Positions 36,118 through 46,486 are shown, numbered from the stretch's first letter. The stretch: 63,603 bases of DNA from Thermoplasmatota archaeon (GCA_041601615.1 JBFIHX010000014.1:1-63603); one strand, 5' to 3'. Made by a program: numbers and translations. Notes: a model not told the origin generated them from the sequence alone.

Positions 36118-39100
36118 GTGCTTGAACCCGGTGTTTCCCCCCTCCTCGATTCCACGTCCGATTCCCCTGCATCCTCCCTGCTTGTCACCCGCTTGTCCGG
36201 CTTGCGCGACCGCTTACTGCACATCACCGCCCGCAATCGATCCATTTTGCTTGGCACCCTCACGCCGCGCAGCAGTTTCGACATGGCCACCCTCGGCGCC
36301 TCCACGTGCACGGACTCCGTTCGTCGGCTGCTTCGCGGCACAAGTGTTGCAGTCTCACGCGACAGCCGATCCGACGACGCAGCCCTGCGCCGCCGACGCG
36401 ACCTTGCAACCTTGGCGCGAACCCTGAAGCAAAACCGCGACGAAACCGGCCTGCGCACCGGCAACATTGGCTTCCCCTTCCTCGTTGGCGCACTCGACGA
36501 ATCCATCTGGATTCGCGCCCCGGTCGTGTTGCTGCCCATCAAACTCGTGCGCAAGGACACGGGCCGCGACTCGGGCTGGCATGCGGAGGTGCGCGACGGC
36601 ACGCGCCCTACAGCAAACCGTGCGCTGCTTGCGGCGGTGGAAAAAGTCCGAGGCGTGCGGCTGGGCGAGGCGTTCACAGAAGAACTCGAAGCGCTCCTCG
36701 AAGAACACGCGGCGGCCAGTTCGGAGGACTGGGACTGGAACGCACTCCTGTCTGCCGTTGAGATGCTCCTAGCGCAACACGGCCTACCCGTGCCGCTGGC
36801 GGAGGACCGCACGCCGCGACCGCTTCCAAGCCTCACCAAAGCCGACCGCGACCGGCGCCGCGACGAAAAGCTGCACCTGGAACCGTTCGTGGTGCTTGGC
36901 GATTTTCCGCAAACCAACGAACCAATCCACGCGGACTACAAGGAACTCCTGGACGCGGCCCACTCAGGCGGCAAAGACGTCTCCTTGCTGGCTCGGCTCA
37001 TGGATGCCGAAGAAGGTGTGGAACCGCTGCCGGCCGATCCTGAACCACCTCTTCTCGATTCCATACCCGACCGCGAACTGGGCACTGTCATGGCCAGCAA
37101 CGGCAGCCAAGACGACGTGTTGCTCGCGGCTCGACATCAGCGGCTCACAGTGGTTCGTGGACCTCCCGGCACCGGAAAATCCCAAGTCATCGCAAACCTC
37201 GTGACGGACGCGCTTCGCCACGGCGAAAAGGTCATGGTGGTGTGCCAGAAGCGAGCCGCGCTGGACGTGGTGTTCGAGCGGCTGCAAGTGTCGGGCCTCG
37301 GAGACTCTGCACTTTTGGTGCACGACCCGCAAGCCGACCGCAAGGAGACGTTTGCCCGCATCGCACGATTGCTCGAACAAGGCGAAGTCCTGGAAGATGA
37401 GGACGTGATGGCGATGTGCGACGAGGTGGACGGCCTCGTGGACGACTGCAATCGCCTCGCGGCCCTGTTTGGTGAAGACCACCACGGCCGGACCCGATTC
37501 GACGTGTACAGCCACGCGGATGCATCGTATGTTCCGGTCTTGTCCGGCCGCCCGCTTATCCGCAGCGCCTCTTGGAACGACGTGGTCGCTACCAAAAACG
37601 CCATCGAATCCATGGGCGAAGACGTGCGCGAATTGCTCCTCGATCACGCATGGAGCGGCCGCCGAGATCTCGGCACCACAACACCCCCCAGCCGCGACGA
37701 CGTGGAGCGCCGGCTCCAGGCGCTGGCCCGTGCCATCGACGCTCCCTATTTGATGGCGGAGCGAGCCGAACTGGAGCGCCTCGCAGAAGCGTTTGGCACT
37801 TGGAACGCCCACCGCAACGACATGATGCGCGTGTTCAATGGCGCGTACAAAGAAGCTCGCCGCACCGTGCAGGATTTTCTAGCAACCGAAGAAGCGCCAC
37901 TTGACGAAGCGCCACGATGGGCCACGGAAGTCCGCCAAGGCCTCCGCGTTCTGGACGCGGCCGAGGCCATGACCGATGTATGCAGCCCCACGATGCTGCG
38001 CAATGTCACACACGCCCCCTTCGACGTGGCCCAGACCCGCGTCGAAGCATGGTTGGCTGGCCTTGACGATTGGAATCGGCTCGTGCAATTGGACCGAGAC
38101 CTCGCTGCACTCCCTTCCGCCGTTCGCCGGCTCCTGTTGATGGCCATGGATCGGCTGCGCGAGGCGACGGACGTGTCGTGGGCGCTCGAACAGGAGGCCC
38201 TGCACGCTTGGATTGCCGAATTGGAAGAGACCGTACCGGAGCTGCGTGGCGACCCGTACCGCGAATACGACCGCAAACGCCGACGCCTCGCCACTTTGCT
38301 GCCCGAGCGACAAGACGCCATGGCCGGAGCCATCCGCGTGGAACTCGAGGGACTTGCCAAGACGCCCGTGTTGCCGCCCGGCGAACATCACCCGAACCGC
38401 CGCGCCGAAACCGACTGGAACCAAGTCCAAGCCAAACTCGCTCGCAAGCGCAACATTCCAACTTTGCGCGCCATCGTCCAGGAAGACAAGCACGCCCATG
38501 TGCTTGCCCGCGCCGCTCGCTGCTGGCTCATGAGCCCAGAAGCAGTCAGCGCCGTGCACCCGCTTTTGCCCGGCCTGTTTGATCTCGTGGTCTTCGACGA
38601 AGCCAGTCAATTGGCCGTCGAACGCGCCCTTCCCGCCGTGTACCGCGCCAAGCGCGTCGTAGTGGCGGGCGACGAGAAGCAACTGCCGCCGTTCCAATTG
38701 TTCCAAGGTGGCCTCGAAGACGAAGACGAGGACCTAGAGACGGACAGCCTGCTTGCCCTCTCGCAAGCGGCGTTCGGCAGCCGAATGCTTCAGTGGCACT
38801 ACCGCAGCGAATACCAAGAGCTCGTCGAGTTCAGCAACCACGCCTACTACGGAGGCGGCCTCAAGGTCGTCCCCAGCCCCGACGCCGGTGTGCGCCCCAT
38901 TGGCTACCACCGAATCGATGGTGCCTTCGTGGACGGACACAATCCCATCGAAGCAGAAGCCGTCGTCGACTTGATGGCATTGCTGCTGGCACGGCCCAAG
39001 CCCCCGACCGTGGGGGTTGTGACCTTCAACAAGGCGCAGCGGGACCGCATCGAGCAAATCGTGGACGAGCGCGCCGAGACCGACGAATCGTTCCGGGCGC

Positions 39101-39855
39101 TCTGGGTTGCCGCCTTGAGCCGCGAACGCCTCGACGACCGACCGTTCATCAAAAACATCGAAAACGTCCAGGGCGACGAACGCGACATCATCGTGTTCAG
39201 CACCACCTACGGCCCCGGCGCCGACGGCAAGGTGCGCACCAATTTCGGCGTGTTCAACCAGCGCGGCGGCGAAAATCGGCTCAATGTGGCCGTAACCCGG
39301 GCTCGCAAAGAAATCCATGTGGTAACGAGCATAGATCCGGAACAATTGAAGGTGGAGAACGCCGCACACGACGGCCCGCGCCACCTCAAGGCATACCTGC
39401 AATACGCCCGCGCCGTAGCCCGAGGCGACCACGAATCCGCAAGCCGGGTCCTGTCTGAGGTCGGAGATGGTGCCCAACGCGCCGCGCAAGGAAAATCCAC
39501 GCCATTGCACGATGCGCTCGTGGAAGGACTGGCCAACCTAGGCTACCTCGCCCAGTCGCTCGTTGGATATTCGGGCTACCGCATCGACGTGGCCGTGGCG
39601 CACCCGGACGACCCGGAGCGATTCGTAGTGGCCGTGGAATTGGACGGGCCCGCATTCCGAGGCGCCCATGGAGCCCGCGAGCGCGACGTGGCTCGCCCCG
39701 CGTTCCTGCAAAGCCGAGGCTGGCGCGTGGAGCGCGTCTGGAGTCGTGACTGGTTCCGAGACCAAGAGAAGCAATTGAATCGAGTCGCGGCGGCGGTGGA
39801 GATTGCGTTTGCCAACCAGCCCGGGAACGCGGTGGCCCCGGCACCACATCCTTGA
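36118..39855 (+). CDS. DUF4011-like + SF1 (UPF1-like) helicase + C-terminal Vsr/MTES_1575-like nuclease
   Basis: N-terminal LRDRLLHITARNRSI and RAPVVLLPI; GPPGTGKSQ, FDEASQ, GDEKQLPP, HYRS, QGDERD, RLNVAVTRAR; C-terminal YRIDVAV..ELDG..RGWRVERVWS. Confidence 0.88.
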   Translation: MLEPGVSPLLDSTSDSPASSLLVTRLSGLRDRLLHITARNRSILLGTLTPRSSFDMATLGASTCTDSVRRLLRGTSVAVSRDSRSDDAALRRRRDLATLARTLKQNRDETGLRTGNIGFPFLVGALDESIWIRAPVVLLPIKLVRKDTGRDSGWHAEVRDGTRPTANRALLAAVEKVRGVRLGEAFTEELEALLEEHAAASSEDWDWNALLSAVEMLLAQHGLPVPLAEDRTPRPLPSLTKADRDRRRDEKLHLEPFVVLGDFPQTNEPIHADYKELLDAAHSGGKDVSLLARLMDAEEGVEPLPADPEPPLLDSIPDRELGTVMASNGSQDDVLLAARHQRLTVVRGPPGTGKSQVIANLVTDALRHGEKVMVVCQKRAALDVVFERLQVSGLGDSALLVHDPQADRKETFARIARLLEQGEVLEDEDVMAMCDEVDGLVDDCNRLAALFGEDHHGRTRFDVYSHADASYVPVLSGRPLIRSASWNDVVATKNAIESMGEDVRELLLDHAWSGRRDLGTTTPPSRDDVERRLQALARAIDAPYLMAERAELERLAEAFGTWNAHRNDMMRVFNGAYKEARRTVQDFLATEEAPLDEAPRWATEVRQGLRVLDAAEAMTDVCSPTMLRNVTHAPFDVAQTRVEAWLAGLDDWNRLVQLDRDLAALPSAVRRLLLMAMDRLREATDVSWALEQEALHAWIAELEETVPELRGDPYREYDRKRRRLATLLPERQDAMAGAIRVELEGLAKTPVLPPGEHHPNRRAETDWNQVQAKLARKRNIPTLRAIVQEDKHAHVLARAARCWLMSPEAVSAVHPLLPGLFDLVVFDEASQLAVERALPAVYRAKRVVVAGDEKQLPPFQLFQGGLEDEDEDLETDSLLALSQAAFGSRMLQWHYRSEYQELVEFSNHAYYGGGLKVVPSPDAGVRPIGYHRIDGAFVDGHNPIEAEAVVDLMALLLARPKPPTVGVVTFNKAQRDRIEQIVDERAETDESFRALWVAALSRERLDDRPFIKNIENVQGDERDIIVFSTTYGPGADGKVRTNFGVFNQRGGENRLNVAVTRARKEIHVVTSIDPEQLKVENAAHDGPRHLKAYLQYARAVARGDHESASRVLSEVGDGAQRAAQGKSTPLHDALVEGLANLGYLAQSLVGYSGYRIDVAVAHPDDPERFVVAVELDGPAFRGAHGARERDVARPAFLQSRGWRVERVWSRDWFRDQEKQLNRVAAAVEIAFANQPGNAVAPAPHP

Positions 39856-41210
39856 AACACGGCGCGCCCCGTCGTCGCTTGATGCGAACCGCACTCATGC
39901 TGGGACTGCTGCTGATGGCCGGAATGGCTGGGTGCCTGAATGGCGACGAAACGGAGTCGTTGGCAGCGGGCGTGCCGCCCGGAACGCCTGCTGCGCAGCC
40001 GCATGCGGTGGTCGCTCTCATCGATACGGGCATCAATCCATACCACGTGGATTTTCGCGACGACAGCAACCTGAGTCGCAAGCATCCAAGCACGTACCTG
40101 CCCGGCTACCCCTCGGACGCGCAGGCGCTCGTGTTGACCCTGAATGCGTCGGATCTTGAGGCCGCGATGGAAGCCGACGAAGCCGTTTGGGATGCAGTGG
40201 AGCCGAATACGCTGTACTGGATTCCTGGCACGAAGATCGTCGGGGCATACACTACGGGGGGACGGATTCTCGACACCGGCCACGGCACCATGACGGCAAG
40301 CCGCGCCGCCGGCAATGGCTACTCGCTATGCCCCGAGTGCCGGATTGCCGCCGTGCAGGGATTTACGGGGGATGCAGTCACTTGGGCAAGCGGCCAAGCT
40401 TGGATCGATGCGCAAAGCAACTCCTGGAGCCCCCAGGTCGTATTCCAGCAAGCGGACGTGGTGCAGGAATCCGGCCTCGCAGAAGCATTTGAAGCCGCAG
40501 CGACCCGGCACTTGGTGTTCGGATCTGCCGGCAACGGCATCGCCGGTAAGTTTGGGGTCGTCGGCCACCCCAGCTTTACGCGCAGTACGAGCGGTCCTTT
40601 GGGCGTCGTGAGTGTGGGCGGCCACGACAACGGCGAGGTAATTCTCTGGAGCGGCTCCTGGCCGCATGTGGTGGCAGACGCCTGCGACAATTGGGCCGCC
40701 GTGGGAAGGAGTCTCGACGAATACAGTGGCTCCGCGGGCGGTGGCACCAGCAGCGCCAGTCCGTACGCCGCGGGAGCAACAGCCCGAATGGTCTTGGAGG
40801 CCCGCCGTCTGCTCGGAGACGACCACTCGATGGGCGTGCAAGATGGAGTCCTGGCCCGTGGTTCTCCCGTGAACGCCACGTTCCTTGACGATGGAATCTT
40901 CACGCTCGAAGAAGCAAAGACCCTGCTCATGCGGTCCGCCACTCCTCGCCCGGTGTTTACAGAACACGACGGCGAAAATTGCGGCATGACCGGTGCTCCC
41001 TACAACACGTACCCCGTGGCTTGGGGCGATGTGCCCGCAGAAGTACCGCCATACATGCTCATCGGGTACGGCCAAATCAGTGTGGACAGTAGCGCCGTGG
41101 CACTGAGCGTGCTTGCCGGCGGGATGGACTTGCCTGAGCGTCCGCGAGAGGATGCGTGGCACGACTACGCAGAGGAACTTCGCCAGACCTACAACGGCTT
41201 GCCCAGGTGA
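39852..41210 (+). CDS. S8 subtilase-like lipoprotein
   Basis: MAGC lipobox; triad motifs IDTG, GHGT, GTSSASP; oxyanion SAGN; start may be 39882. Confidence 0.82.
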   Translation: MKHGAPRRRLMRTALMLGLLLMAGMAGCLNGDETESLAAGVPPGTPAAQPHAVVALIDTGINPYHVDFRDDSNLSRKHPSTYLPGYPSDAQALVLTLNASDLEAAMEADEAVWDAVEPNTLYWIPGTKIVGAYTTGGRILDTGHGTMTASRAAGNGYSLCPECRIAAVQGFTGDAVTWASGQAWIDAQSNSWSPQVVFQQADVVQESGLAEAFEAAATRHLVFGSAGNGIAGKFGVVGHPSFTRSTSGPLGVVSVGGHDNGEVILWSGSWPHVVADACDNWAAVGRSLDEYSGSAGGGTSSASPYAAGATARMVLEARRLLGDDHSMGVQDGVLARGSPVNATFLDDGIFTLEEAKTLLMRSATPRPVFTEHDGENCGMTGAPYNTYPVAWGDVPAEVPPYMLIGYGQISVDSSAVALSVLAGGMDLPERPREDAWHDYAEELRQTYNGLPR

Positions 41211-41884
41211 CGACCGTGCAGTTCTGGGCCCTCCTTCAGCGCTTCAAGACCGACTGGCGCTACCTTGTGCCGGTCCTTCTGCCTGCGGCGCTCGGCATCG
41301 GCTACGGCTGGTTCTTTTACTACGATGTGGGGCAGTTCCGGCCGGCAAGTCCGCACTTTGTGTCTTATGGCTGGTGGCCGCTTGTCAGCGACAGCCCGAA
41401 CGCGGTGCTGGCGTGGGTTGTGGCGGTTCTGGCGTACAAAATCTGGAATTGGCGCCACTGGCTCGTGGATGCGCTTGCATTCAGCCTGAATATCTACGTA
41501 GGCCTCTGGACCTCGTTTCTCTTTGTGGCCTACTCGGAGCGCATGGGCACGTTTGACTGGGCAAGTGTCGCCGACGGCAACGCCAATCCGATTCTGTTCG
41601 TGAGCCACATGGGCATGCCGCTTCTTGGGCTCGTCTTGGTGCCGGACCTCTTGCGCGACGCTCGGCGCTGGATCTGGCTTGCCGGCGTGCTCGCTTTCAT
41701 GGCGCTGTTTGTGTGGGTGGATTATTGGGGCCCGCATCTGCACCCGGCGCCGTTTTTGCACGACCAGGGCGACGGGACGCTGCACGCGGGCGCGCCGTGG
41801 TTAATGCTTGTGCCGGCGTTGGGCCTTGTGTGGATTTGGTGGCAAGCCCGCGCTACAGATCGAAAGCGCGTAGGAACCGAATGA
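41207..41884 (+). CDS. DUF1405-like membrane protein
   Basis: WWPLVSDSPNA, GLWT, SHMGM, VDY; GTGA overlap with the upstream stop. Confidence 0.7.
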   Translation: MTTVQFWALLQRFKTDWRYLVPVLLPAALGIGYGWFFYYDVGQFRPASPHFVSYGWWPLVSDSPNAVLAWVVAVLAYKIWNWRHWLVDALAFSLNIYVGLWTSFLFVAYSERMGTFDWASVADGNANPILFVSHMGMPLLGLVLVPDLLRDARRWIWLAGVLAFMALFVWVDYWGPHLHPAPFLHDQGDGTLHAGAPWLMLVPALGLVWIWWQARATDRKRVGTE

Positions 41885-44024
41885 CGTAGGCTGCTGGGTC
41901 CGGAGTGTAGACGGGCTTCGGTTCGGCCGGCATGAAATTGCGGTAGGGCGGCCCGTTGTAGCGGTCGTCCAGGAGTACGATGGCGCACTTGTCCGTCTCG
42001 CTGCGAATGCCGCGACCCATCGCCTGAAGGGCTTTGTTCATGGCTGGAGCAAAGTAGGCATACAGTCGACCCTTGCCGGGGAATCGCTTGTCAAAGTAGC
42101 CAATGGCGGCATCCACTTCGAGGTCCGGCGGGGCAAGCGGCAGGCCCGCGATGAAGATGGCCGACAAGAGGTTGTTCTTGAAGTCGACACCCTCGCTGAA
42201 GCTGCCGCCAAGAACACCTAGCAGCAAGGCACCGGTGCCTCGATTGCGCGCACCTTCGAGGGTGTCGAGGACGCGGTCGCGCTCCTGTTTGCTCATGCCG
42301 GGTTCTTCGTCAATGCGCTCGCGGTGGCTGCCGTCTTGGCCTTGCAAGTCCAGCGCGATGCGGATTTCTCGGATGATGGCGTAGCTGGGAGCAAACACCG
42401 CGACGTTGCCTTGGGTCGCGTCGCAGGTGTCGGCAATTTGCTTGGCCATGCGGTGCCACAAGGCGTCGTTGCGGTCCTTGAATCGGGTGCTCATGCCTTG
42501 CGCGATGGCGACCGCCTTGTGCTCGGGCGGGAAGGGACTGGGGTAGGTTTTGACCATGGTGCGGCCGTGTTCGAGACCCAATAGATCGCGGGTGGTCTCG
42601 GGCGGGCTGAGGGTGCCACTCATCAAGATGGCGCTGTGGATGCCGGCAAACACCTTGCGCGCAGGCACGCCGGGGTCGAGGAGGCGGACGTGTAGGACCG
42701 CGCCGCTTTCGTCCCATTCGAGGTAGCGCAGGGCGCCGGATTGGAAGCGATCCCAGTCTTCGAGCGCTTCTGCGAGTTGCTCGGTGTGCACTTGGGCGTC
42801 GGTGCCTTTCTTGAGTTCGCGAACGAGAACCGTCATGTCTTCGATGGCGTCGGTGAGCGTGCGTGTGAGTCCGAGGGTGCCGCCGGAGCGCGCCTTTAGA
42901 AACGCGGCGGGGAGCATGTCCACGTCGAGGCGGGCGATGCGCTTTTCCTCGCCGCCGAGGCGGCCTTGTTCGTCGCGGCCTTCGCGCACGGACATGTCGG
43001 CAAGATCGCGCAGGCACTTGCGAAGCGACTGCACGTCGGCAAGTGTGGCGTGGGCTTTGCTGGTGCGTGCTTCACCCTCGACTTGGTCCAGGAGTGCGTC
43101 GGAGATTTTGTGCGCGTGGTTTTGGCGGATGCGGTCCGGCAGGTTGTGCGCTTCGTCGACGATGACCACGAGGTCCTTCAGTTCCACGCCGAGGCGTTCG
43201 AGGCTGCGGTCGCGGATGTCCGAGAATAGGTGGTTGTAGTCGGCGACCACGACGTGGGCGTCTTTGCTCGATTCCATCGCGAGCAAGTGGGGGCAGATCT
43301 GGGCTTCCTTGCCAACGCCCATGAGTTCTTCGACGTGCAGGACGCCGTCGCGCACGCGGTTGCGGGTGTCCTCGTCGAGGTCTCGAAGGAATTTGCAGCT
43401 GCGGGTGCGGGTTTCTTGGGCGCAAAAGTCCGGAAAGCGAGCCGGGTGCATGTCAACCGCCTCGCTGCGCAGGCACATGTCGCGTTTGCTCACTAGGTCG
43501 ACGAGGGTGAATCGGGTGCCGCGTCGTTCGCGGATTTGGCGCAAGGTATCCACGGCGATGCGGTGCTGGCTCTGGCGGCTAGTCAGAAATAGGACGGTGC
43601 GGCCGTTGTCCAAGGCATGTTGCAGGGCGGGCGCGATGCTTGCGGCGGTTTTGCCGATGCCGGTGGGGGCCTCGGCGACCAGGTGTTTGCCGCCTGCGAC
43701 GGCCATGGTGACGTCGCGTGCGAATCGTTTCTGGCCGGGTCGAATGGTGTCGTAGGGAAACAGGCCTAGCATCGCGTGTGGCTGGCCGCTGTCCGTGTGG
43801 GGACGCCAATCGGAGACCACGGGCGCCAGCGGCGGCTCGAAGCCGAGCGGTTCCGTGGTGCGTCTGCGTTCGCCACCCAGCGACATTTGCCCTTGCTGGA
43901 GCGCGATGCGGCGGCCCTTGGCCATGACGGTGCGCGCCTTGCCGTCGTCGGAGCAGCGCAGGCACTCTAGGACACCGTTGCGCGGCCGCATCAGGCCTTT
44001 GCAGGAGGGGCAGAAACTGGCCAG
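41853..44024 (-). CDS. xpd: XPD/Rad3-family Fe-S helicase with N-terminal zinc ribbon
   Basis: RPGQ, EAPTGIGKT, four Fe-S Cys, VDEAHN, MSGT, SEGVDF, QAMGRGIR; upstream in-frame CPSC...CLRC suggests a CTG start at 44024 (first ATG is 43991). Confidence 0.9.
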   Translation of the reverse strand: MASFCPSCKGLMRPRNGVLECLRCSDDGKARTVMAKGRRIALQQGQMSLGGERRRTTEPLGFEPPLAPVVSDWRPHTDSGQPHAMLGLFPYDTIRPGQKRFARDVTMAVAGGKHLVAEAPTGIGKTAASIAPALQHALDNGRTVLFLTSRQSQHRIAVDTLRQIRERRGTRFTLVDLVSKRDMCLRSEAVDMHPARFPDFCAQETRTRSCKFLRDLDEDTRNRVRDGVLHVEELMGVGKEAQICPHLLAMESSKDAHVVVADYNHLFSDIRDRSLERLGVELKDLVVIVDEAHNLPDRIRQNHAHKISDALLDQVEGEARTSKAHATLADVQSLRKCLRDLADMSVREGRDEQGRLGGEEKRIARLDVDMLPAAFLKARSGGTLGLTRTLTDAIEDMTVLVRELKKGTDAQVHTEQLAEALEDWDRFQSGALRYLEWDESGAVLHVRLLDPGVPARKVFAGIHSAILMSGTLSPPETTRDLLGLEHGRTMVKTYPSPFPPEHKAVAIAQGMSTRFKDRNDALWHRMAKQIADTCDATQGNVAVFAPSYAIIREIRIALDLQGQDGSHRERIDEEPGMSKQERDRVLDTLEGARNRGTGALLLGVLGGSFSEGVDFKNNLLSAIFIAGLPLAPPDLEVDAAIGYFDKRFPGKGRLYAYFAPAMNKALQAMGRGIRSETDKCAIVLLDDRYNGPPYRNFMPAEPKPVYTPDPAAYVIRFLRAFDL

Positions 44025-44159
44025 GAATCGAGCGACGCGGGCAATGTGTTTGAAGGGACTGGTACAAGCGGCGGCCAGGGTGGGAGTGCTTGCACCGGGA
44101 CCGGGGAGGCGATCAAAAGGACTGGGTGGAGGGAGAAGAAAAAGTACGCGGGCGCCGGA

Positions 44160-45725
44160 CTAGGCTGCCTTGAATGGCTCGACGAGCAGGCTCGGTCCGG
44201 CCCGTTGTCGGGCGACAGTGCCCATGGCTTTCTGGTGCGTCTCGGCCGTTGCGCCGGGCAGGTCGCATTCGCCCGTGCAAATGTCTACGAGGGCAGACCA
44301 GAGTTGGCCCGTCGTCGGATCCATGTCGAGGTCCAAGAAGTCGTAGAGGCCGCCTTCGTTGCCAAAGCAGCGGTCCCAGCAGTCGCCACGTTTCAGGGGT
44401 TGCTCCGGGTGGTTGACCATGGCAGTGGCAAAGATCGGCGCGTCGGTGTTGGCGTCGATGCTTATGGCGATGTAGGCGTTCCACGTCGCGGCGTTGCGCT
44501 CGTCTTCCAAGGTTTCGTTGAAGTGGATGCCCCAGCCGCTCGGGGTCGTGGTGCCCATGTATTGGAAGGCCACGCGGCCCGTGTCGCCGGCTACGAGGCT
44601 CGGAAGCTTCACGGCCGTAATTCCGGGCGGGGTGACATCGAGGGGTTCGCTCCAGGTGCGGCCTTGGTCGAGGCTCTTGGAGAAGTACACTTTGGTGTCG
44701 CCGAGTCCGAGCCAAGTGGCGTAGGCGGTGCCGTCGCGGTCGGTGCCGATGCTGACGTCGTGGCCGTAGCTCAAGTAGTGGTCCGGGTCGCCACTGATGA
44801 CCACTTGGTCCCAGTTGATGCCGCCATCGTGGCTGATGCCGACCATAGGGACGCCGCAGAAGCCGCGGCCCACGTAGACGGTGCCGTCTGCAAAGCTGGC
44901 GTGGCCGTGGCCGGTGAGCGCACCGCAGAGCCAATCGAGGCCCTGGGGGTCCTCGGTGAATTCGGCCAAGTCGACGCCCAAGAACACGGGTTGGCTGGGC
45001 AGCCAGGTGATGCCACCGTCGGGGCTGAGGCTGCATTGCACGTCGGCGATTTGGTTGGTGCAGAGGTACAGGTTGTTGGGGTAGCCGCCAACACTCGTCA
45101 CGGGCGCGAGGACGCCGGCGGGTCCGACCTTGGGGCCGGCAAAGAAGCTCGGGTGGTCTGCTACGGGAAGCGGGCAGGCTGCGTCGCGGGTGATCCACGA
45201 TTCGCCGTCGTCGTCGCTCCAGCTTACTTTGTTGCAGGCAACACTAGGACCCATGTCGAGCGCGAACAAGCGGCCGGTGCTGGGGTCTGCGTAAACGTAG
45301 GGGTCGCCGCTGATGGGGTGCGTCTGGACCGTGTGTGCGATGTGCGGGCTGGCGTCGTCCCAAGTGGCGCCGCCGTCGGTGCTGCGAAGGTACACGGTGC
45401 GGGGGTTGCCGGCGGCACCATCGAAGTCGATGGCGGCGTAGAACACGGCGCCGGTGCGTGTGACACCGATGGTCGGTTCGCCACTGATGCGGTTGGTGAT
45501 GTGCAGCACGTCAAAAGCCGGGAATTCCTCGGTGAACGCGCTCAGGGGCAGTGTGCCGTTGGAGCCAAGGACCCATTGGGTCAGAGAGAACGCTCCGCCA
45601 ACCGGGTTTTTGTCGAGGTCGTCGGGCTCCTTGTCGTTGTCGAGGCACCCTGCCAGCACGGTGAGTGCCAGAAGGGCGGTGATGGTGATCACGCGCATGC
45701 TCGGTGCCGAGACTGCTCGGTTCAT
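44160..45725 (-). CDS. BNR/Asp-box (sialidase-like) propeller lipoprotein
   Basis: LAGC lipobox; five Asp boxes STDGGATW, SDDDGESW, SPDGGITW, SHDGGINW, SLDQGRTW; start 45725 or 45698. Confidence 0.85.
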   Translation of the reverse strand: MNRAVSAPSMRVITITALLALTVLAGCLDNDKEPDDLDKNPVGGAFSLTQWVLGSNGTLPLSAFTEEFPAFDVLHITNRISGEPTIGVTRTGAVFYAAIDFDGAAGNPRTVYLRSTDGGATWDDASPHIAHTVQTHPISGDPYVYADPSTGRLFALDMGPSVACNKVSWSDDDGESWITRDAACPLPVADHPSFFAGPKVGPAGVLAPVTSVGGYPNNLYLCTNQIADVQCSLSPDGGITWLPSQPVFLGVDLAEFTEDPQGLDWLCGALTGHGHASFADGTVYVGRGFCGVPMVGISHDGGINWDQVVISGDPDHYLSYGHDVSIGTDRDGTAYATWLGLGDTKVYFSKSLDQGRTWSEPLDVTPPGITAVKLPSLVAGDTGRVAFQYMGTTTPSGWGIHFNETLEDERNAATWNAYIAISIDANTDAPIFATAMVNHPEQPLKRGDCWDRCFGNEGGLYDFLDLDMDPTTGQLWSALVDICTGECDLPGATAETHQKAMGTVARQRAGPSLLVEPFKAA

Positions 45726-45807
45726 AGCGGTTCTGGGAGTTGAGTGTTGCAAACAGCCCAACGGCGCGCCCGCCACATTCATGCAGAGGACGACCGCCGA
45801 AAGCGGC

Positions 45808-46098
45808 CTATTCCTTGCCGGCAGAGAGCCGCTCGGCGACGCGGCGAAGCACGTCTTCCTTGCTGCCCACTTTGGCAACAAGCACGCGCCCCACGGCCTT
45901 GTAGGGGGCAGAGGGGTGCCGGGCGCCTTCTTGCAGCGTCGTTTCAAGGCCGGCCTTGCGGGCGGCGGATTCGACCCAGCGTGCGTCCGGCTCGGTTACA
46001 GCAAGGGAGGAGGGAACTCGTCGACCAGCCGTGCGGCTACGCCGAGCGTCGAAGTAATGCGGCCACAGGACCAGTTGGTTCTGACCCTTCGAGACCAC
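45808..46098 (-). CDS. srp19: Signal recognition particle protein SRP19
   Basis: LWPHYFDARRSRTAGRRVP, HP, GRVLV, SK; follows eS8. Confidence 0.9.
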   Translation of the reverse strand: MVSKGQNQLVLWPHYFDARRSRTAGRRVPSSLAVTEPDARWVESAARKAGLETTLQEGARHPSAPYKAVGRVLVAKVGSKEDVLRRVAERLSAGKE

Positions 46099-46105
46099 AG
46101 GAATC

Positions 46106-46486
46106 CTACTCGACGAGGACGCCGTTCAGTGCGCCGTGCTGGCCGGGGCGGCTCGTGACACGAACCTTGCCGGCTGCGGTGTCCACGACGGCGCCCTTGG
46201 TGATGATGTTTCGGCGCACGTAGTGGATGTTCGCGGTGTTCTCGACCACGTTGGTCAGCTCGGCGACCTTGGTCTTGCCGGTCTTGGAGTCGGTCACGTT
46301 GATCTTGTCCGTGGCCAGGAGCTTGACCTTCTGGTTGGCGCCCTTGGTGCGTACCAGCTTGTGGGAGTGTACACCGACGTGGGCGTCGATGTGCTCGCGG
46401 GCGATCTCGCTGCGGCGCTTCTTTTGCGCGCGAACGAGGCGGCCACCAGTGGGCTTGCGTCGGGAGTTGCCTTGCCAGAGAGCCAT
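46106..46486 (-). CDS. rps8e: 30S ribosomal protein S8e
   Basis: WQGNSRRKPTGGR, YVRRNIITKGA, VTSRPGQHG; AGGTGA RBS. Confidence 0.97.
   Translation of the reverse strand: MALWQGNSRRKPTGGRLVRAQKKRRSEIAREHIDAHVGVHSHKLVRTKGANQKVKLLATDKINVTDSKTGKTKVAELTNVVENTANIHYVRRNIITKGAVVDTAAGKVRVTSRPGQHGALNGVLVE

Noticed and set aside
35880-41884. Complete integrative element at tRNA-Leu
   Set aside because: No integrase and no duplicated tRNA 3' end were found downstream.
44046-45743. 565-aa plus-strand ORF and similar long overlapping ORFs (e.g. 8464-9615, 9703-10956, 19881-21593)
   Set aside because: Antisense or off-frame shadows of well-supported genes, with no motifs.
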